A stretch of 64,000 nucleotides of DNA from positions 32,001 to 96,000 of the IMG/VR virus record IMGVR_UViG_3300044684_000278; one strand, written 5' to 3'. Numbering within the stretch: position 1 is the first letter of the stretch; each line of letters starts with the position of its first letter. The stretch comes from a virus. Below, in pieces: positions 10,118 to 19,930 of this stretch. The position numbers were made by a program, and so were the translations under genes. The notes below the pieces were generated by a model. That model was not told the origin of the DNA. It made no database searches and saw only the letters and a program-made list of their open reading frames with translations.

Positions 10118-10472
10118 ATATTTCCTGGTCTGTTATAACCAGTGGGATGATCTGGTGCGTTTCTATGTTCACCAGACGGAGTTCTCTTCCTTTGAATCTC
10201 CAGTGATTTTTAATAGTTTCTTTCTTTCCTGGGAGTATTGCACTGCGGCCCTGTTTGTTCAGTTCCCGCACACCCTGTTCCACAGTTGTGAACTTCTCCC
10301 AGTGGTCCCGGTACCATACGCCCGTTTCCTTCCCTTCATGGAACCACTTGGCCTCGTCAATGACAGCCTTGTCTGTGAACATATGCTCCAGTCTCCAGGG
10401 CTTGTCTGTCTTTTTATGGTTACCTGTTTTGGGTCTCTCCGGATCCTTCGTTGTATTCTTGTGCGGTTTCAT
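10062..10472 (-). CDS. Hypothetical protein
   Basis: ORF overlapping neighbours in operon. Confidence 0.6.
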   Translation of the reverse strand: MKPHKNTTKDPERPKTGNHKKTDKPWRLEHMFTDKAVIDEAKWFHEGKETGVWYRDHWEKFTTVEQGVRELNKQGRSAILPGKKETIKNHWRFKGRELRLVNIETHQIIPLVITDQEIYVKQDQGSLHSGASGSSE

Positions 10473-10804
10473 ATGATTTCAAAGACTTTTACCCCTGCCT
10501 TGCCAAGAGCTTCCTGACAGGCATCACAGAAGAAACTGTGTCCATGAATTACTGCCCTGTAAGGAGTGGCTCCCTGGGGCAGACTGTTCAAAGCATTTAT
10601 CTCAGCATGAGTCCAGTTACAGCTTGATTCCTTATCGTAGTTCTCTTTGCTCTGGCTTAAGCCCAGACGGTGACAGATACCACCTTCCGGACTGCACCGG
10701 TTGCTTTCCCTGGCAAGCAGGACATTATCTGCTCCGTATAGTTCACAGACTACAACCCGCTTCTGGCAGGTTGATTCTTTAATGGCTTCAGCTGTTGTTT
10801 TCAT
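10469..10804 (-). CDS. Cytidine/dCMP deaminase family protein
   Basis: HAE and CDAC zinc motifs. Confidence 0.8.
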   Translation of the reverse strand: MKTTAEAIKESTCQKRVVVCELYGADNVLLARESNRCSPEGGICHRLGLSQSKENYDKESSCNWTHAEINALNSLPQGATPYRAVIHGHSFFCDACQEALGKAGVKVFEII

Positions 10805-11372
10805 CTTTCTGTAATTTTTCCCTGGCAATTGTTTCTTTCTGATCACGGATGGCCAAGGCCTCTTCCAAAGTGATGGGGGTATAATTAATCATCATGGCAT
10901 CCACATTCACATACTTGTATTGGGATGGCAGGACGATAGCTCCCGGATCGTTATAGGGATAGGAGACATGTGCTTCTGCCAGTACATTCTCGTGAATGTG
11001 TGCATGGATATTGGCCCGGTAAAAGCCAATCTCAGAAGGGTGGATAGGAGCATGTGTTAAGACACAGCCCTTGTAGTCCACCATACCGGTAACACCATCC
11101 ACATACTTCAGAAGCTCAGGTACGTCCTGATACCTGTCATGGTTACCCAGGACAACGATCTTGCGTCCATTCAGACGATCCAGCTGGTAGTAATGATCTT
11201 TGGTCTCCATGGTCACGTCTCCCAGGATATAGGTAGTGTCTTTTTTATTCACCACACGATTCCAGGAGTCAATGATCTTTTCATCATGGTAGAACTCTTC
11301 ACCGAATCCACGGTGAAGAGCCATCCATTTGTGGCCCAGATGGAGACATCCGATAAAGCGGACTACACTCAT
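10788..11372 (-). CDS. Calcineurin-like metallophosphoesterase
   Basis: CLHLGH, LGDV, GNHD, THAP, HAHIH. Confidence 0.85.
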   Translation of the reverse strand: MSVVRFIGCLHLGHKWMALHRGFGEEFYHDEKIIDSWNRVVNKKDTTYILGDVTMETKDHYYQLDRLNGRKIVVLGNHDRYQDVPELLKYVDGVTGMVDYKGCVLTHAPIHPSEIGFYRANIHAHIHENVLAEAHVSYPYNDPGAIVLPSQYKYVNVDAMMINYTPITLEEALAIRDQKETIAREKLQKDENNS

Positions 11373-11373
11373 G

Positions 11374-11754
11374 TTATACCTCCTGGTCTTTTTTGATACG
11401 TTCCTGTAATTCCTCAAGAGCTTCTCCTGCGGAAGGGATCTTACCGGCTATATAGTCGGGAGTTCCGATCACAAGGCCCTCTATTTCGGTTGCATCCTGA
11501 TCCACTACAAGGCCCCAGCCTAAAGTGAGAATGGAATGAATAAGCGTTTTATATGGGTCCGCTACAGTAAGCGCGTCTCCTGAGTCTGCAGCCTGGAGGC
11601 TCAGTTCCTTATCTGCCTGATACATGTTCAGGATAAGACAGGCTACTTCCTCACCGGATTTGCCTGTTTGTTTCATTAAGAATTCTACAAACTCTTTTGT
11701 ACTGATACCGGGTAATCCCTGGGATTCCACTTGTTCTTTGTTGATCTCTGACAT
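11374..11754 (-). CDS. Hypothetical protein
   Basis: ORF in operon. Confidence 0.6.
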   Translation of the reverse strand: MSEINKEQVESQGLPGISTKEFVEFLMKQTGKSGEEVACLILNMYQADKELSLQAADSGDALTVADPYKTLIHSILTLGWGLVVDQDATEIEGLVIGTPDYIAGKIPSAGEALEELQERIKKDQEV

Positions 11755-11758
11755 ATTC

Positions 11759-11977
11759 TTAGGGTACTTGATTTTCTTCCAGCTCCCTGCGGAGCTCTTT
11801 TTGCTGTTGCTTCTTTAAGCCATTTACCTTGGCATGATTAGGACTGCACATATAACAGCTACATGGCTTGGTCTGGTGTTTATAGCACCAGAATCCACAG
11901 GCTGGATCCAGTCCTAATCTTTTCAATCTCTTCAGATGTTTGAGTTTGGTAAGCTCTCTTCTACGGCCCTTATTCAT
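11759..11977 (-). CDS. Small basic Cys-rich protein
   Basis: PCSCYMCS motif. Confidence 0.55.
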   Translation of the reverse strand: MNKGRRRELTKLKHLKRLKRLGLDPACGFWCYKHQTKPCSCYMCSPNHAKVNGLKKQQQKELRRELEENQVP

Positions 11978-12233
11978 TGCTTTGCTGCCTGATTATGCTG
12001 TTGATATTGTCTTCTATAATAAATGATAACACACTGTTTAGGGTGGTATAAAACCTACAGCTACCAAACTTTAGCTTAATCTGTGAGTATTGGAACCCTG
12101 GGATCTTAGTAAGATCCTTGAATATATTATCCAGGAATAAGGTGACTTTCTCATTGTCAAATTCCAGCCCTTGGTCTTCAAAGCCAGGCTCAATAAAGCC
12201 TTTATACTTTTCATTAAACTGTGCTGCTGTCAT
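11970..12233 (-). CDS. Hypothetical protein
   Basis: QIKLKFG..RFY pattern seen in small phage proteins. Confidence 0.6.
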   Translation of the reverse strand: MTAAQFNEKYKGFIEPGFEDQGLEFDNEKVTLFLDNIFKDLTKIPGFQYSQIKLKFGSCRFYTTLNSVLSFIIEDNINSIIRQQSNE

Positions 12234-12238
12234 AACTT

Positions 12239-12997
12239 TTATCCTCTTCCTTTCTGGTCTGGGTAGAGATCTTTTACAAAGTCACTCTGGAAAATTTCTT
12301 TGGTTTTTATGTCCATCATGGTCAGCTTTCCATTCCATCCGGCACCTGTATCCAGATTGGTTACTCCACCTTTAGTAAGTGGTTTGCAATCCTGGTTCTT
12401 GTGATTGTACACTTGTGTGTGTCCAATGTAAATATGCTCCCAGCCATCCACCGATTTTAACTGCTGGCCTTCTGCACAGCTCTGTGCCTGCTTCCATAGT
12501 TCACGGTCCCAGAACAGTTCCCAGGGCTCGTTGGTAAGCTGATCATCCAGGGTTTTCTCCCGGTCAATACCAGCATGTACAAATAATACCTTACCTGTTT
12601 CAAAGTAGGGAACCTGGTCTTTTAAAAAGAAGTTCCTGTGTGTATCAGGAATATCACTTGGATGAAGGGATGCTGTAACACCCACTGCAGTACGCTGGTA
12701 ATTTTTGCCCAGGTTTCTGCAGTAAGATTCCAGAGTACCTAATCCACCCTGCTGCCAGGAAGGATGCTGACCTGTTTGCAGGAACTCAGCCCACCACTGG
12801 TCATGGTTGCCCATAATGGGAATTAGTTTCTTAATGGTTAATAATTCTTCCACGCACTCATATACCTCATTCCACCCATCTGCTACATCTCCCAGTTGAA
12901 TGAGTACGTCTTCTTCTTTATTAAACCCGGATCTTTCCAGGCATTGGACTAATGCTTTGTGGGCTCCATGGATGTCACCCATCACAAATACTTTCAT
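12239..12997 (-). CDS. PPP-family Ser/Thr phosphatase-like metallophosphoesterase
   Basis: GDIHG, GDVAD, GNHD, HAG, GHT, DTGAG. Confidence 0.9.
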   Translation of the reverse strand: MKVFVMGDIHGAHKALVQCLERSGFNKEEDVLIQLGDVADGWNEVYECVEELLTIKKLIPIMGNHDQWWAEFLQTGQHPSWQQGGLGTLESYCRNLGKNYQRTAVGVTASLHPSDIPDTHRNFFLKDQVPYFETGKVLFVHAGIDREKTLDDQLTNEPWELFWDRELWKQAQSCAEGQQLKSVDGWEHIYIGHTQVYNHKNQDCKPLTKGGVTNLDTGAGWNGKLTMMDIKTKEIFQSDFVKDLYPDQKGRG

Positions 12998-13015
12998 AGC
13001 AGTACGGATTATTTC

Positions 13016-13429
13016 TTAGTGTATAAAGTAGCGGAACCTATATTCCATTTTGCCAAATCCCATGTTGCCTTCCAGAGCATTTACATACATGTAAAACCGA
13101 ATTTTATAGGCATTCTTTTCCAGCATGGCCTTCATGATAGGTCTGGCCACCCGGAAGATTTCAAAAGCCCCGTTCATATAGCTTTCTCCATTAAGAGTAA
13201 CTACTATTTCATCCTGGTAGGGAAGAGAGTAACGGTCAGTCTTTACAGATGCATGGATGTCTACTTTGCCAAAGGTTTTGATCAGGCTTTTTTCAATCTT
13301 CTGCTCAAAATCCTTGATAGCATCCAGATAATCTGTCTCTACTTTTACCAGCTTTCCATTTTTGTTTTCAAACTTCTCAGTAAGAAAATCAGCTACCATT
13401 GATTTAGGCTTGGTCCTTGTTTCTGTCAT
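13016..13429 (-). CDS. Hypothetical protein
   Basis: ORF in operon. Confidence 0.55.
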   Translation of the reverse strand: MTETRTKPKSMVADFLTEKFENKNGKLVKVETDYLDAIKDFEQKIEKSLIKTFGKVDIHASVKTDRYSLPYQDEIVVTLNGESYMNGAFEIFRVARPIMKAMLEKNAYKIRFYMYVNALEGNMGFGKMEYRFRYFIH

Positions 13430-13775
13430 TGTGCTTTTTGATTGTGTTCATGATATTACTTGCCAGGAATACGGATGAACGTTTGCTGTCCTCCCAGTCC
13501 TTGATAGTCTTTTTAATATCAGTATAGAGGGCTTCCTCTTTTTTCTGGAGATCTATTTGAATAGGATCTGTTTTTCTTACAACAGCTTTATCAACTGTTA
13601 TATTCAGTCTTCCGGATTCCCAGTCAAAACCTGGATGGATCCCGGTTACATTGACATAAGATCTGCCTCCTATACTGGGATCACTGGTGACCACTACTAC
13701 ATCCAGATCATCCTGATCAAACGGGCTGTTTGCTGAGTAGTGATCAATGAATTTTTTTAGTTCACTTAGTTTCAT
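13404..13775 (-). CDS. Hypothetical protein
   Basis: ORF in operon. Confidence 0.55.
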   Translation of the reverse strand: MKLSELKKFIDHYSANSPFDQDDLDVVVVTSDPSIGGRSYVNVTGIHPGFDWESGRLNITVDKAVVRKTDPIQIDLQKKEEALYTDIKKTIKDWEDSKRSSVFLASNIMNTIKKHNDRNKDQA

Positions 13776-14020
13776 TTCATGATTTCATAAATCAGCTGGT
13801 CTTTGTCATACTGTTCTACCCGTACCATTAACACTGGTGCGGAGAACGTAATCTGTACTTGACCCTCTGTGGTTTCAATAATCAGTGTGTTTTTCTTAAA
13901 GGTGTTGCTCAGGAAGGTCCACTTGTTTTTAAAGTTGATAATGAATTCATCCTTTAAATTCTCCCAGTGGTTGCCTTCCATAAAGAGCAGCTCTTCACCC
14001 TTTTTAACTGTTGCTTTCAT
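13772..14020 (-). CDS. Hypothetical protein
   Basis: ORF in operon. Confidence 0.5.
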   Translation of the reverse strand: MKATVKKGEELLFMEGNHWENLKDEFIINFKNKWTFLSNTFKKNTLIIETTEGQVQITFSAPVLMVRVEQYDKDQLIYEIMK

Positions 14021-14234
14021 CTTCTAACTGATCCAGCATTCCTACGTAATAGTCTCCCCAGTGTAACTTGTAAGGGATTTCATGCTCGGACAGGATCTCG
14101 TCTATATCCACATGACACAGGCAGTGATCCATGTCTTCGTCCAGCACCCCCGGATTTATCTTAAAGTGTTCCTCAAACTCCCTTGGAGTCTGGATCTCTT
14201 TTTCTCCTTTGTTGATTACAATTACTACACACAT
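14004..14234 (-). CDS. Hypothetical acidic protein
   Basis: ORF in operon, HCLC motif. Confidence 0.5.
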   Translation of the reverse strand: MCVVIVINKGEKEIQTPREFEEHFKINPGVLDEDMDHCLCHVDIDEILSEHEIPYKLHWGDYYVGMLDQLEDESNS

Positions 14235-14240
14235 GGCTGA

Positions 14241-14537
14241 TTATTTAGCTAAGAAGCTTCTTACGGTTTTTAGTTGCATTGGTTCCTCTGAGGGTACATA
14301 GTTCACCCAGCTTTCGTAACGTCCGTTACAGCCAGGAGAAGGATGACTCTGTGTCTTTTTACACCACTGACATTCCCTTACCGGGAAGATGTGGTGTGTG
14401 ATAGAGGGTAACCCGTCTATCTGTACTCTCCGGTTTACCCGGTAGTATTTCCACCAGTGCGGACAGATGCTTTTTAAAAGCAGGACCACGATGTTAAGCA
14501 TGGCCCTGCTGATGTTTTTAATTGTCTTCATTATCAA
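14241..14537 (-). CDS. Hypothetical zinc-ribbon protein
   Basis: CPHWW...CQWC. Confidence 0.5.
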   Translation of the reverse strand: MIMKTIKNISRAMLNIVVLLLKSICPHWWKYYRVNRRVQIDGLPSITHHIFPVRECQWCKKTQSHPSPGCNGRYESWVNYVPSEEPMQLKTVRSFLAK

Positions 14538-14937
14538 GTCTTGAAAGTGATAGACCCATCTGTTTGGCTTCTTCAGGGTGTGTTTCCACCCACTGATGAT
14601 GCGGCCAGCAGAGGGCTTTGAAATAACGTTTGTCAGTAAGGAAGGAGCCTATCCTCCCTTTGGCGTGATGGAGCGTAACTTCTGTGCTTGTACACCCTGG
14701 AAACTCACAGGTCTTTCCCTCCAGGAACTTGTCCCGTTTGCGTCTGTATATCTTTAGCTTTTCTTCCTGTCTTTGGCTGACGGGTCGGATCCTGACCTTT
14801 CTTACCACCGGGACTTTTTTCAGGTTCTCCGGCTTTATCCTGTTCCAGCAAAGAAGGCAATACTTCTGTCCCTGGTAGTTCTTCCAGATGAGCTTCTTTT
14901 CCAGGCAGTGGTCACAGATCTTTTCCTTGGCTCTCAT
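14518..14937 (-). CDS. HNH-like / zinc-finger protein
   Basis: CDHC, CLLC, CEFPGC...LHH...LCWPHH. Confidence 0.6.
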   Translation of the reverse strand: MRAKEKICDHCLEKKLIWKNYQGQKYCLLCWNRIKPENLKKVPVVRKVRIRPVSQRQEEKLKIYRRKRDKFLEGKTCEFPGCTSTEVTLHHAKGRIGSFLTDKRYFKALCWPHHQWVETHPEEAKQMGLSLSRLDNEDN

Positions 14938-15473
14938 TACACTAGTTCATAGTAGTTAGCTGGAAGGACTCCTACCTCAATGAGTCTGGCCACGATCTGC
15001 TCCTTGCGGATACCCAGCTGACGGAAGGTCACTGTGCACTTATCCCAGGGATTGATAGCCTTGGGATAATGAGCCAGGGCTTTGGCAAACTCAGATCTGT
15101 GGAAGATGGTAGTAAGGAAGGATCCTATTTTTTCATGTACCAGCTGTTGCTTCCATAGGTTCAATTGATGTTGTGCCTGTTCAAACAGTTCCAGGATGGC
15201 CATCTTTTTTACATAGCTCATCTTGCGGATCTCCTCTTCAGAATAGTTCTTCAGACCATACATAGCATGGTTATAGAGCAGTTTCTGAATAGGAGTTTCA
15301 TCATGGACAACAGTCTGGTAACGAGTTTCTTTGTATTGTGTCCCACTGACCTGTAGTTCTTTCAGTGGACTGTTTTCATCATAGCTGATGCTACGAGATT
15401 TCTGGGTATCCGTGTAATAAACCTGGATCCCTAAGCTGCCTGCCATGACAGCTTTATTTGGATTGTGTTTCAT
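14937..15473 (-). CDS. Hypothetical protein
   Basis: 178-aa ORF in operon. Confidence 0.65.
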   Translation of the reverse strand: MKHNPNKAVMAGSLGIQVYYTDTQKSRSISYDENSPLKELQVSGTQYKETRYQTVVHDETPIQKLLYNHAMYGLKNYSEEEIRKMSYVKKMAILELFEQAQHQLNLWKQQLVHEKIGSFLTTIFHRSEFAKALAHYPKAINPWDKCTVTFRQLGIRKEQIVARLIEVGVLPANYYELV

Positions 15474-15591
15474 AAAGTATCCAATTTGGAGAGGTGAAAT
15501 TAGAGATTATCTACAAAATAAACAAATGTTGGAGAGAAAAAAGGGGACCGGAATACCTCCAGCCCCCTTCCAAGTAAACCAAAACACATGA

Positions 15592-16092
15592 TTACAACAC
15601 AGCTTCTCTCTGCTGTGAGGTTGTGGCCATGGTCTTCAACGCATCCATTGCGGAGAGATTGGCCAGCTCTTTCTGGGCAGCCACAGCTTCCCGTATTTCC
15701 TCAGTGTTGGTATGCGGGATGAATTCATCCACTGCATTGGGATCCTGGGTAAAGAATGTTTCCCTGAAAATAGGCTGATCTCCATAGAGACACTGCACCC
15801 CTGTCTTCCCGGCCATTTTGTAATGACGTTCCGGTTTGGTAGGATCAAATGGTTCCAGAGATTCTTTTACAATAATCCGTCCTGGGATTTCATCACCGGC
15901 ATTAAATCCTGCCTGTTTGAGTTCATCCACTTTACCCTTGATCAGGGCGGATCGTTTAGCTAACTTGAACCAGCCTCCTTCTGTGATCTGGTTCACGACC
16001 TGTTCTACACGGATGTAGCCATACTCCGGGTTGTTCTGTGATAAGCCGATAACGGCTCCCGTTTGATCTGCTGTTACTGTTACTGTGTACAT
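15592..16092 (-). CDS. Hypothetical protein (possible OB-fold nucleic-acid binding)
   Basis: Beta-rich N-terminus YGYIRVEQ...GRIIVKES; flanked by terminators. Confidence 0.6.
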   Translation of the reverse strand: MYTVTVTADQTGAVIGLSQNNPEYGYIRVEQVVNQITEGGWFKLAKRSALIKGKVDELKQAGFNAGDEIPGRIIVKESLEPFDPTKPERHYKMAGKTGVQCLYGDQPIFRETFFTQDPNAVDEFIPHTNTEEIREAVAAQKELANLSAMDALKTMATTSQQREAVL

Positions 16093-16127
16093 AGATCTGA
16101 TTTTTGATTTGATAAATGATTGGAAAT

Positions 16128-16158
16128 AAAAAAGCCCGGACTGTCACAGCCCAGGCTT
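16128..16158 (-). terminator. Intrinsic terminator (one of many G-U-rich minus-strand hairpins)
   Basis: Minus strand AAGCCUGGGCUG-UGA-CAGUCCGGGCUU followed by U-run. Confidence 0.75.
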
Positions 16159-16186
16159 CAACTATATGATTTGAAAGGTAATATGC

Positions 16187-16453
16187 TTAATCTTCGGAGA
16201 TCTCTATATCCAGATCCGGGTCGGAGAGCTTCTCTTCATCCGGGATCAGGGTGAGATCCTCAATAACCGGTTCTTCCGGCAGGTAGTAGTCTTCCACTGG
16301 TGGCATCTTGTTCAGCACAGACCCAAACCATGGGTCTTCCACTGCATCACCAGTATAATAAGCATTCAGATAGTCCAGGTCTTCATCGGACATATCCAGG
16401 TATTGTTCAAGAGAGATTTCTATAGTTCTTCCAGAGGGTAGCTGATAGATCAT
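16187..16453 (-). CDS. Small highly acidic protein
   Basis: MIYQLPSGRTIEISLEQYLDMSDEDL; very D/E-rich. Confidence 0.65.
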   Translation of the reverse strand: MIYQLPSGRTIEISLEQYLDMSDEDLDYLNAYYTGDAVEDPWFGSVLNKMPPVEDYYLPEEPVIEDLTLIPDEEKLSDPDLDIEISED

Positions 16454-16792
16454 GGTTCATATGTTTTAGAGTTACCTAAATGTAACTTCTACAACATGAT
16501 CCGTCAATACCTCTTACTCTCTAATATGGATAATAGAGCTATAAGTGTATAATTAGTGTACGGCTTCCCGTTTTTTGGAGTTCTTGGAGTACAATTTCTT
16601 CTTCCAGAACTCATTGACCTTATTGATGTGCTGCTGCTTTTCAGCCAGCTTCTGTCTCAAAACTGTGTTTTCATTCTTCAGTTTTGTGTTCTCATGCAGG
16701 ACCTCTTTACAGATGATTGCTTTTATCATAGTCTACGCATTAAAAAAGGTATGAGCCGGGCCCATACCTCTGTTATAAATAATAGTTTAGTT

Positions 16793-17185
16793 TCAAAATC
16801 TGATTTCCATGGAGTCCTTCCCGATGTTAACGGATTTAGCCCCGTCTCCAATCTCAACTGATACTCCGTTAATGATGAATTTATACGTGCTGGTATTGTT
16901 CATGACTCCAACCACACTGGATCCGGTAGTGGATGTCCTGTTGGAGTCTGGCTTCATCTGCTCCCGGACCTTTGCTAAACTGTCTGTGGGAGAGATGGCC
17001 CCGGATGGCCTCTTGCCTTTTACAGAGGGGAACTGCAGTCCTTCCTCCCTAAACCGGTTCTTATAGTTGTGTACACTGGATACAGCAATATGGAAGTGCT
17101 GGGCAATGTCCTCAGGATATACACCCTGTACAACCATTGCTTTCATTTCTTCTACCTGATCAGTGGATAGTCTTTTGTTTGCCAT
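16793..17185 (-). CDS. HTH DNA-binding protein divergent from integrase (regulator or recombination directionality factor candidate)
   Basis: PEDIAQHFHIAVSSVHNYK helix-turn-helix. Confidence 0.7.
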   Translation of the reverse strand: MANKRLSTDQVEEMKAMVVQGVYPEDIAQHFHIAVSSVHNYKNRFREEGLQFPSVKGKRPSGAISPTDSLAKVREQMKPDSNRTSTTGSSVVGVMNNTSTYKFIINGVSVEIGDGAKSVNIGKDSMEIRF

Positions 17186-17235
17186 GTTCTTCTTTTTGTA
17201 GATACGGAATCCTTGTTTCCTGTTGGTTAAGATTA

Positions 17236-17263
17236 CAAAATTAGGCTGAATTATCCAAATATA
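17236..17263 (-). promoter_or_regulatory. Bacteroidota sigma70-type -7 elements (TAnnTTTG)
   Basis: Minus-strand TAATTTTG (17236-17243) and TATATTTG (17256-17263) upstream of the HTH gene. Confidence 0.5.
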
Positions 17264-17448
17264 TAGTCAGGATACTGGATAACAGCTTGTTAATATCTAC
17301 AAAATGTGAGCCAAACTCATCCATTATTCTGTAGATTTTTTCTTTAGGGAAAACCACTTAACTTGGACTACAAGTAATACATTTGTAGAAATTCAGGCTT
17401 CCAGGATATAACGTATCCCAGAAACCCTTTACTTTGTCCAGCAGAATT

Positions 17449-17662
17449 CAGTGAGTAATACGTGAGTAGGTCACTTTGGTGAGTAAGAATATCAGCTTCC
17501 AGCAACGGTTTGAAGATGCGGGTTCGAGTCCCGTCCGGTCCGCTTTATAGTTCTTAAGTAGCTGATAATCAAGATATTCTTAGTCCCAAAAGTGAGTCTT
17601 TTGAGTGGTTCCAGTGAGTAATCCGTGAGTAACTCCGGATTGATGAAAAAATCTACTCACTG
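17449..17662 (+). other. attP: attP site: tRNA-Asp 3'-end core with arm-type repeats
   Basis: Core GCGGGTTCGAGTCCCGTCCGGTCCGC 17518-17543 (T-arm plus acceptor only); direct repeats CAGTGAGTAAT(A/C)CGTGAGTA at 17449-17468 and 17612-17631; inverted TACTCACTG 17654-17662; next to integrase. Confidence 0.82.
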
Positions 17663-17703
17663 AATCCGCTGAAACCCAAGCCAGGATTCAATCACATAAG
17701 ACT

Positions 17704-18819
17704 ATGAATATCTTGTTTTATTTAAAGGACTCAAAGAACAAAGCCGGTGAGAAAGCTCTCTATGTCCGGCTCTCCCAAGGCACCCAAATTACAGAATTAT
17801 CCCTGGGTGTCCGCATGAAACCCTCCCAGTTTAAGTCTACATCTTCCAAGCAGTACATGAATGCTGTTCAAGCCAAGCTCCTGGAGATAGAGGGAGAACT
17901 TCTTCTACAAAGTACCTGTACCCCACAAATGATCAAGCATGAGTACTTAAGCCGTACTACGCAGGTATATAACCTCCTTGATGTGTGGGATCAGTACCTG
18001 GTGTATTACCAAAAGAACAAGCTCCAGACCGGAGAGGTCAAGGAGGTGTCCTATGATAAGTTCGTCCTTTCCCAGGATTACATGAAAAAGTACCTCAGAG
18101 AGCTGAAACTTACGGACATCCCTTTGAACATGATCCATTCTGATTTCATCATGGAGTTTTTCAATTTTCTCAGAAGGAGTGTATCCCATAATCATGCTCA
18201 GAAGATGGTCAGCAAGTTCAAGACAGTGATCATCTGGGCCCATTCCAAGGGCTGGATCACCAAGACCCCCTTTACCCAGGTCAAGATCCGGCCAAACAAA
18301 ACCAAGGTGGTCTATCTGGTGGACAGTGAGCTGAAGAGGCTGCACAAGACCAAGTACCATCCCCGGCTGGAGAAGGTGCGTGATGCTTTTCTTTTTCAGT
18401 GTTATACAGGGCTTGCCTACATAGACATGAGCCAGCTTACCCAGGAAATGATTGAGGATAACAAGATCATGATTGACCGTCAGAAGACGGGTGAGCCCTG
18501 CTACATCCCCTTAATGAAGCCAGCCAAGGAAATACTGGAAAAGTACAGGTATAAGCTCCCGGTAAATTCCAACCAGAAAATGAATGCTTACTTAAAAGAA
18601 GTAGGCACCCTGGCAAAAATCAACAAAGAGCTGCATACTCACGTTGGCAGGCATACTTTTGCCACCATTGCCCTAAATAACGGAATGCCCGTGACCACTT
18701 TACAGGTCATACTGGGGCACTCTGACATCAGGACCACAATGAAGTATGCCAAGTTGATCCGGAATACGATAGATCAGGACATGGTCAAGCTGGAAGATAA
18801 GTTATCTGCTATAGTATAA
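17704..18819 (+). CDS. int: Tyrosine recombinase / phage integrase (Bacteroidota type)
   Basis: N-terminal arm-binding region, RDAFLFQCYTGLAYID, HVGRHTFAT, ILGHSDIRTTMKY. Confidence 0.95.
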   Translation: MNILFYLKDSKNKAGEKALYVRLSQGTQITELSLGVRMKPSQFKSTSSKQYMNAVQAKLLEIEGELLLQSTCTPQMIKHEYLSRTTQVYNLLDVWDQYLVYYQKNKLQTGEVKEVSYDKFVLSQDYMKKYLRELKLTDIPLNMIHSDFIMEFFNFLRRSVSHNHAQKMVSKFKTVIIWAHSKGWITKTPFTQVKIRPNKTKVVYLVDSELKRLHKTKYHPRLEKVRDAFLFQCYTGLAYIDMSQLTQEMIEDNKIMIDRQKTGEPCYIPLMKPAKEILEKYRYKLPVNSNQKMNAYLKEVGTLAKINKELHTHVGRHTFATIALNNGMPVTTLQVILGHSDIRTTMKYAKLIRNTIDQDMVKLEDKLSAIV

Positions 18820-18830
18820 AGAAAGGAGGA

Positions 18831-19079
18831 TTAAGTTCCTCCTTTTTGTTTTTGTTCCAGGGTATTCAGGGCTTCCATGATCTGGTCAATGACCGGTGTC
18901 TCACGTTTAAGAAAAGTAAAAGCTTTAACATCCCACATAGGAGATCCGTCACCAGCTTTATAACTCCCAGTATCTTCAATTACTTTGCCCCTGAAGTAGT
19001 TTCCTCTTATTTCTTGAACCCTTACCTTAGTTCCAAGTTTACCTACTACTATATCACCGGGCTTAAATGGCTCATTCAT
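18831..19079 (-). CDS. Conserved C-terminal helix family member
   Basis: FKPGDIV head; tail PVIDQIMEALNTLEQKQK. Confidence 0.7.
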   Translation of the reverse strand: MNEPFKPGDIVVGKLGTKVRVQEIRGNYFRGKVIEDTGSYKAGDGSPMWDVKAFTFLKRETPVIDQIMEALNTLEQKQKGGT

Positions 19080-19330
19080 TCCTCTGCCTTTCCCCACTCT
19101 TTATTGAGCTGGTCAAACTGTTCTTTGGTAAACGCATAGTGATTGGTAAGGCCCCGTTCCCTCTTCCCGTTGATATAATCACACAGGCTCTTGGCCGTGT
19201 ATTCATCCGTGCGGAACTGCCAGTTTATGGCTGCTGCTTCTATTTCTTCCGGGAGGTTGTGTACTATAGTGAAGCTGCTTCCGTCTGATAGCCGGATCTC
19301 CGTTTCAAAAAATTTCATATCATCCATCAT
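19076..19330 (-). CDS. Hypothetical protein
   Basis: 84-aa ORF. Confidence 0.55.
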   Translation of the reverse strand: MMDDMKFFETEIRLSDGSSFTIVHNLPEEIEAAAINWQFRTDEYTAKSLCDYINGKRERGLTNHYAFTKEQFDQLNKEWGKAEE

Positions 19331-19388
19331 ATTGTAATTGTTTATAATATTTTGTATATTAAACTAACCACCTTATCCTCATTGCTTT

Positions 19389-19919
19389 ATGTGCAACTGT
19401 AACAAATTCCTGGTAACACCCGTGAGCTGCAAAAGAGCAGTCTACACAGACTATGTTGCCACCTGCTCTGACTCACCCGGTGCCTTCCTAAAAGAGTCAG
19501 CCTGTCCGCCCTGTACAGACGGGCCGGACATCAATACCCTGGAAATAGACTATCTGAACGCTCAGTGGACCTATCAGATGAGTGCTAACGATACTGGCAG
19601 AACTGCACTGGACTTTTATAACGGGTGGTTTTTACCTTACAAGGCACAACTGGGATTTACAGATAATACGATTTTCCAGATCTATGTAACCTCAGGCAGT
19701 TTCAGCCAACCTTTGGATGTTACTCAATACAGTCAGGGACCAGTTTCTTTTACTGACTCCAGCGGGAACACTTCTTATACGCTCCAGGGATCTGCCGCAC
19801 CAGGCACTGGTATGGCCGTTAATATAAACTCTGGCTGGGGAAACTATTCTATTCTGGCAGTAGGTAATGATGGAAAAACAATCATTTTTAACAATATCAT
19901 AGCCATCTGGGGCTCTTAA
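19389..19919 (+). CDS. Cys-rich N-terminus + beta-rich domain protein (paralog A; possible virion accessory)
   Basis: MCNCNKF...YVA...D...AFLK..CPPC; S/T/G/Y-rich body. Confidence 0.7.
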   Translation: MCNCNKFLVTPVSCKRAVYTDYVATCSDSPGAFLKESACPPCTDGPDINTLEIDYLNAQWTYQMSANDTGRTALDFYNGWFLPYKAQLGFTDNTIFQIYVTSGSFSQPLDVTQYSQGPVSFTDSSGNTSYTLQGSAAPGTGMAVNINSGWGNYSILAVGNDGKTIIFNNIIAIWGS

Positions 19920-19930
19920 TCCATATTACC

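Noticed and set aside
17518-17543. Full tRNA gene next to integrase
   Set aside because: Only the T-arm and 3' acceptor strand are present; treated as the attP core.
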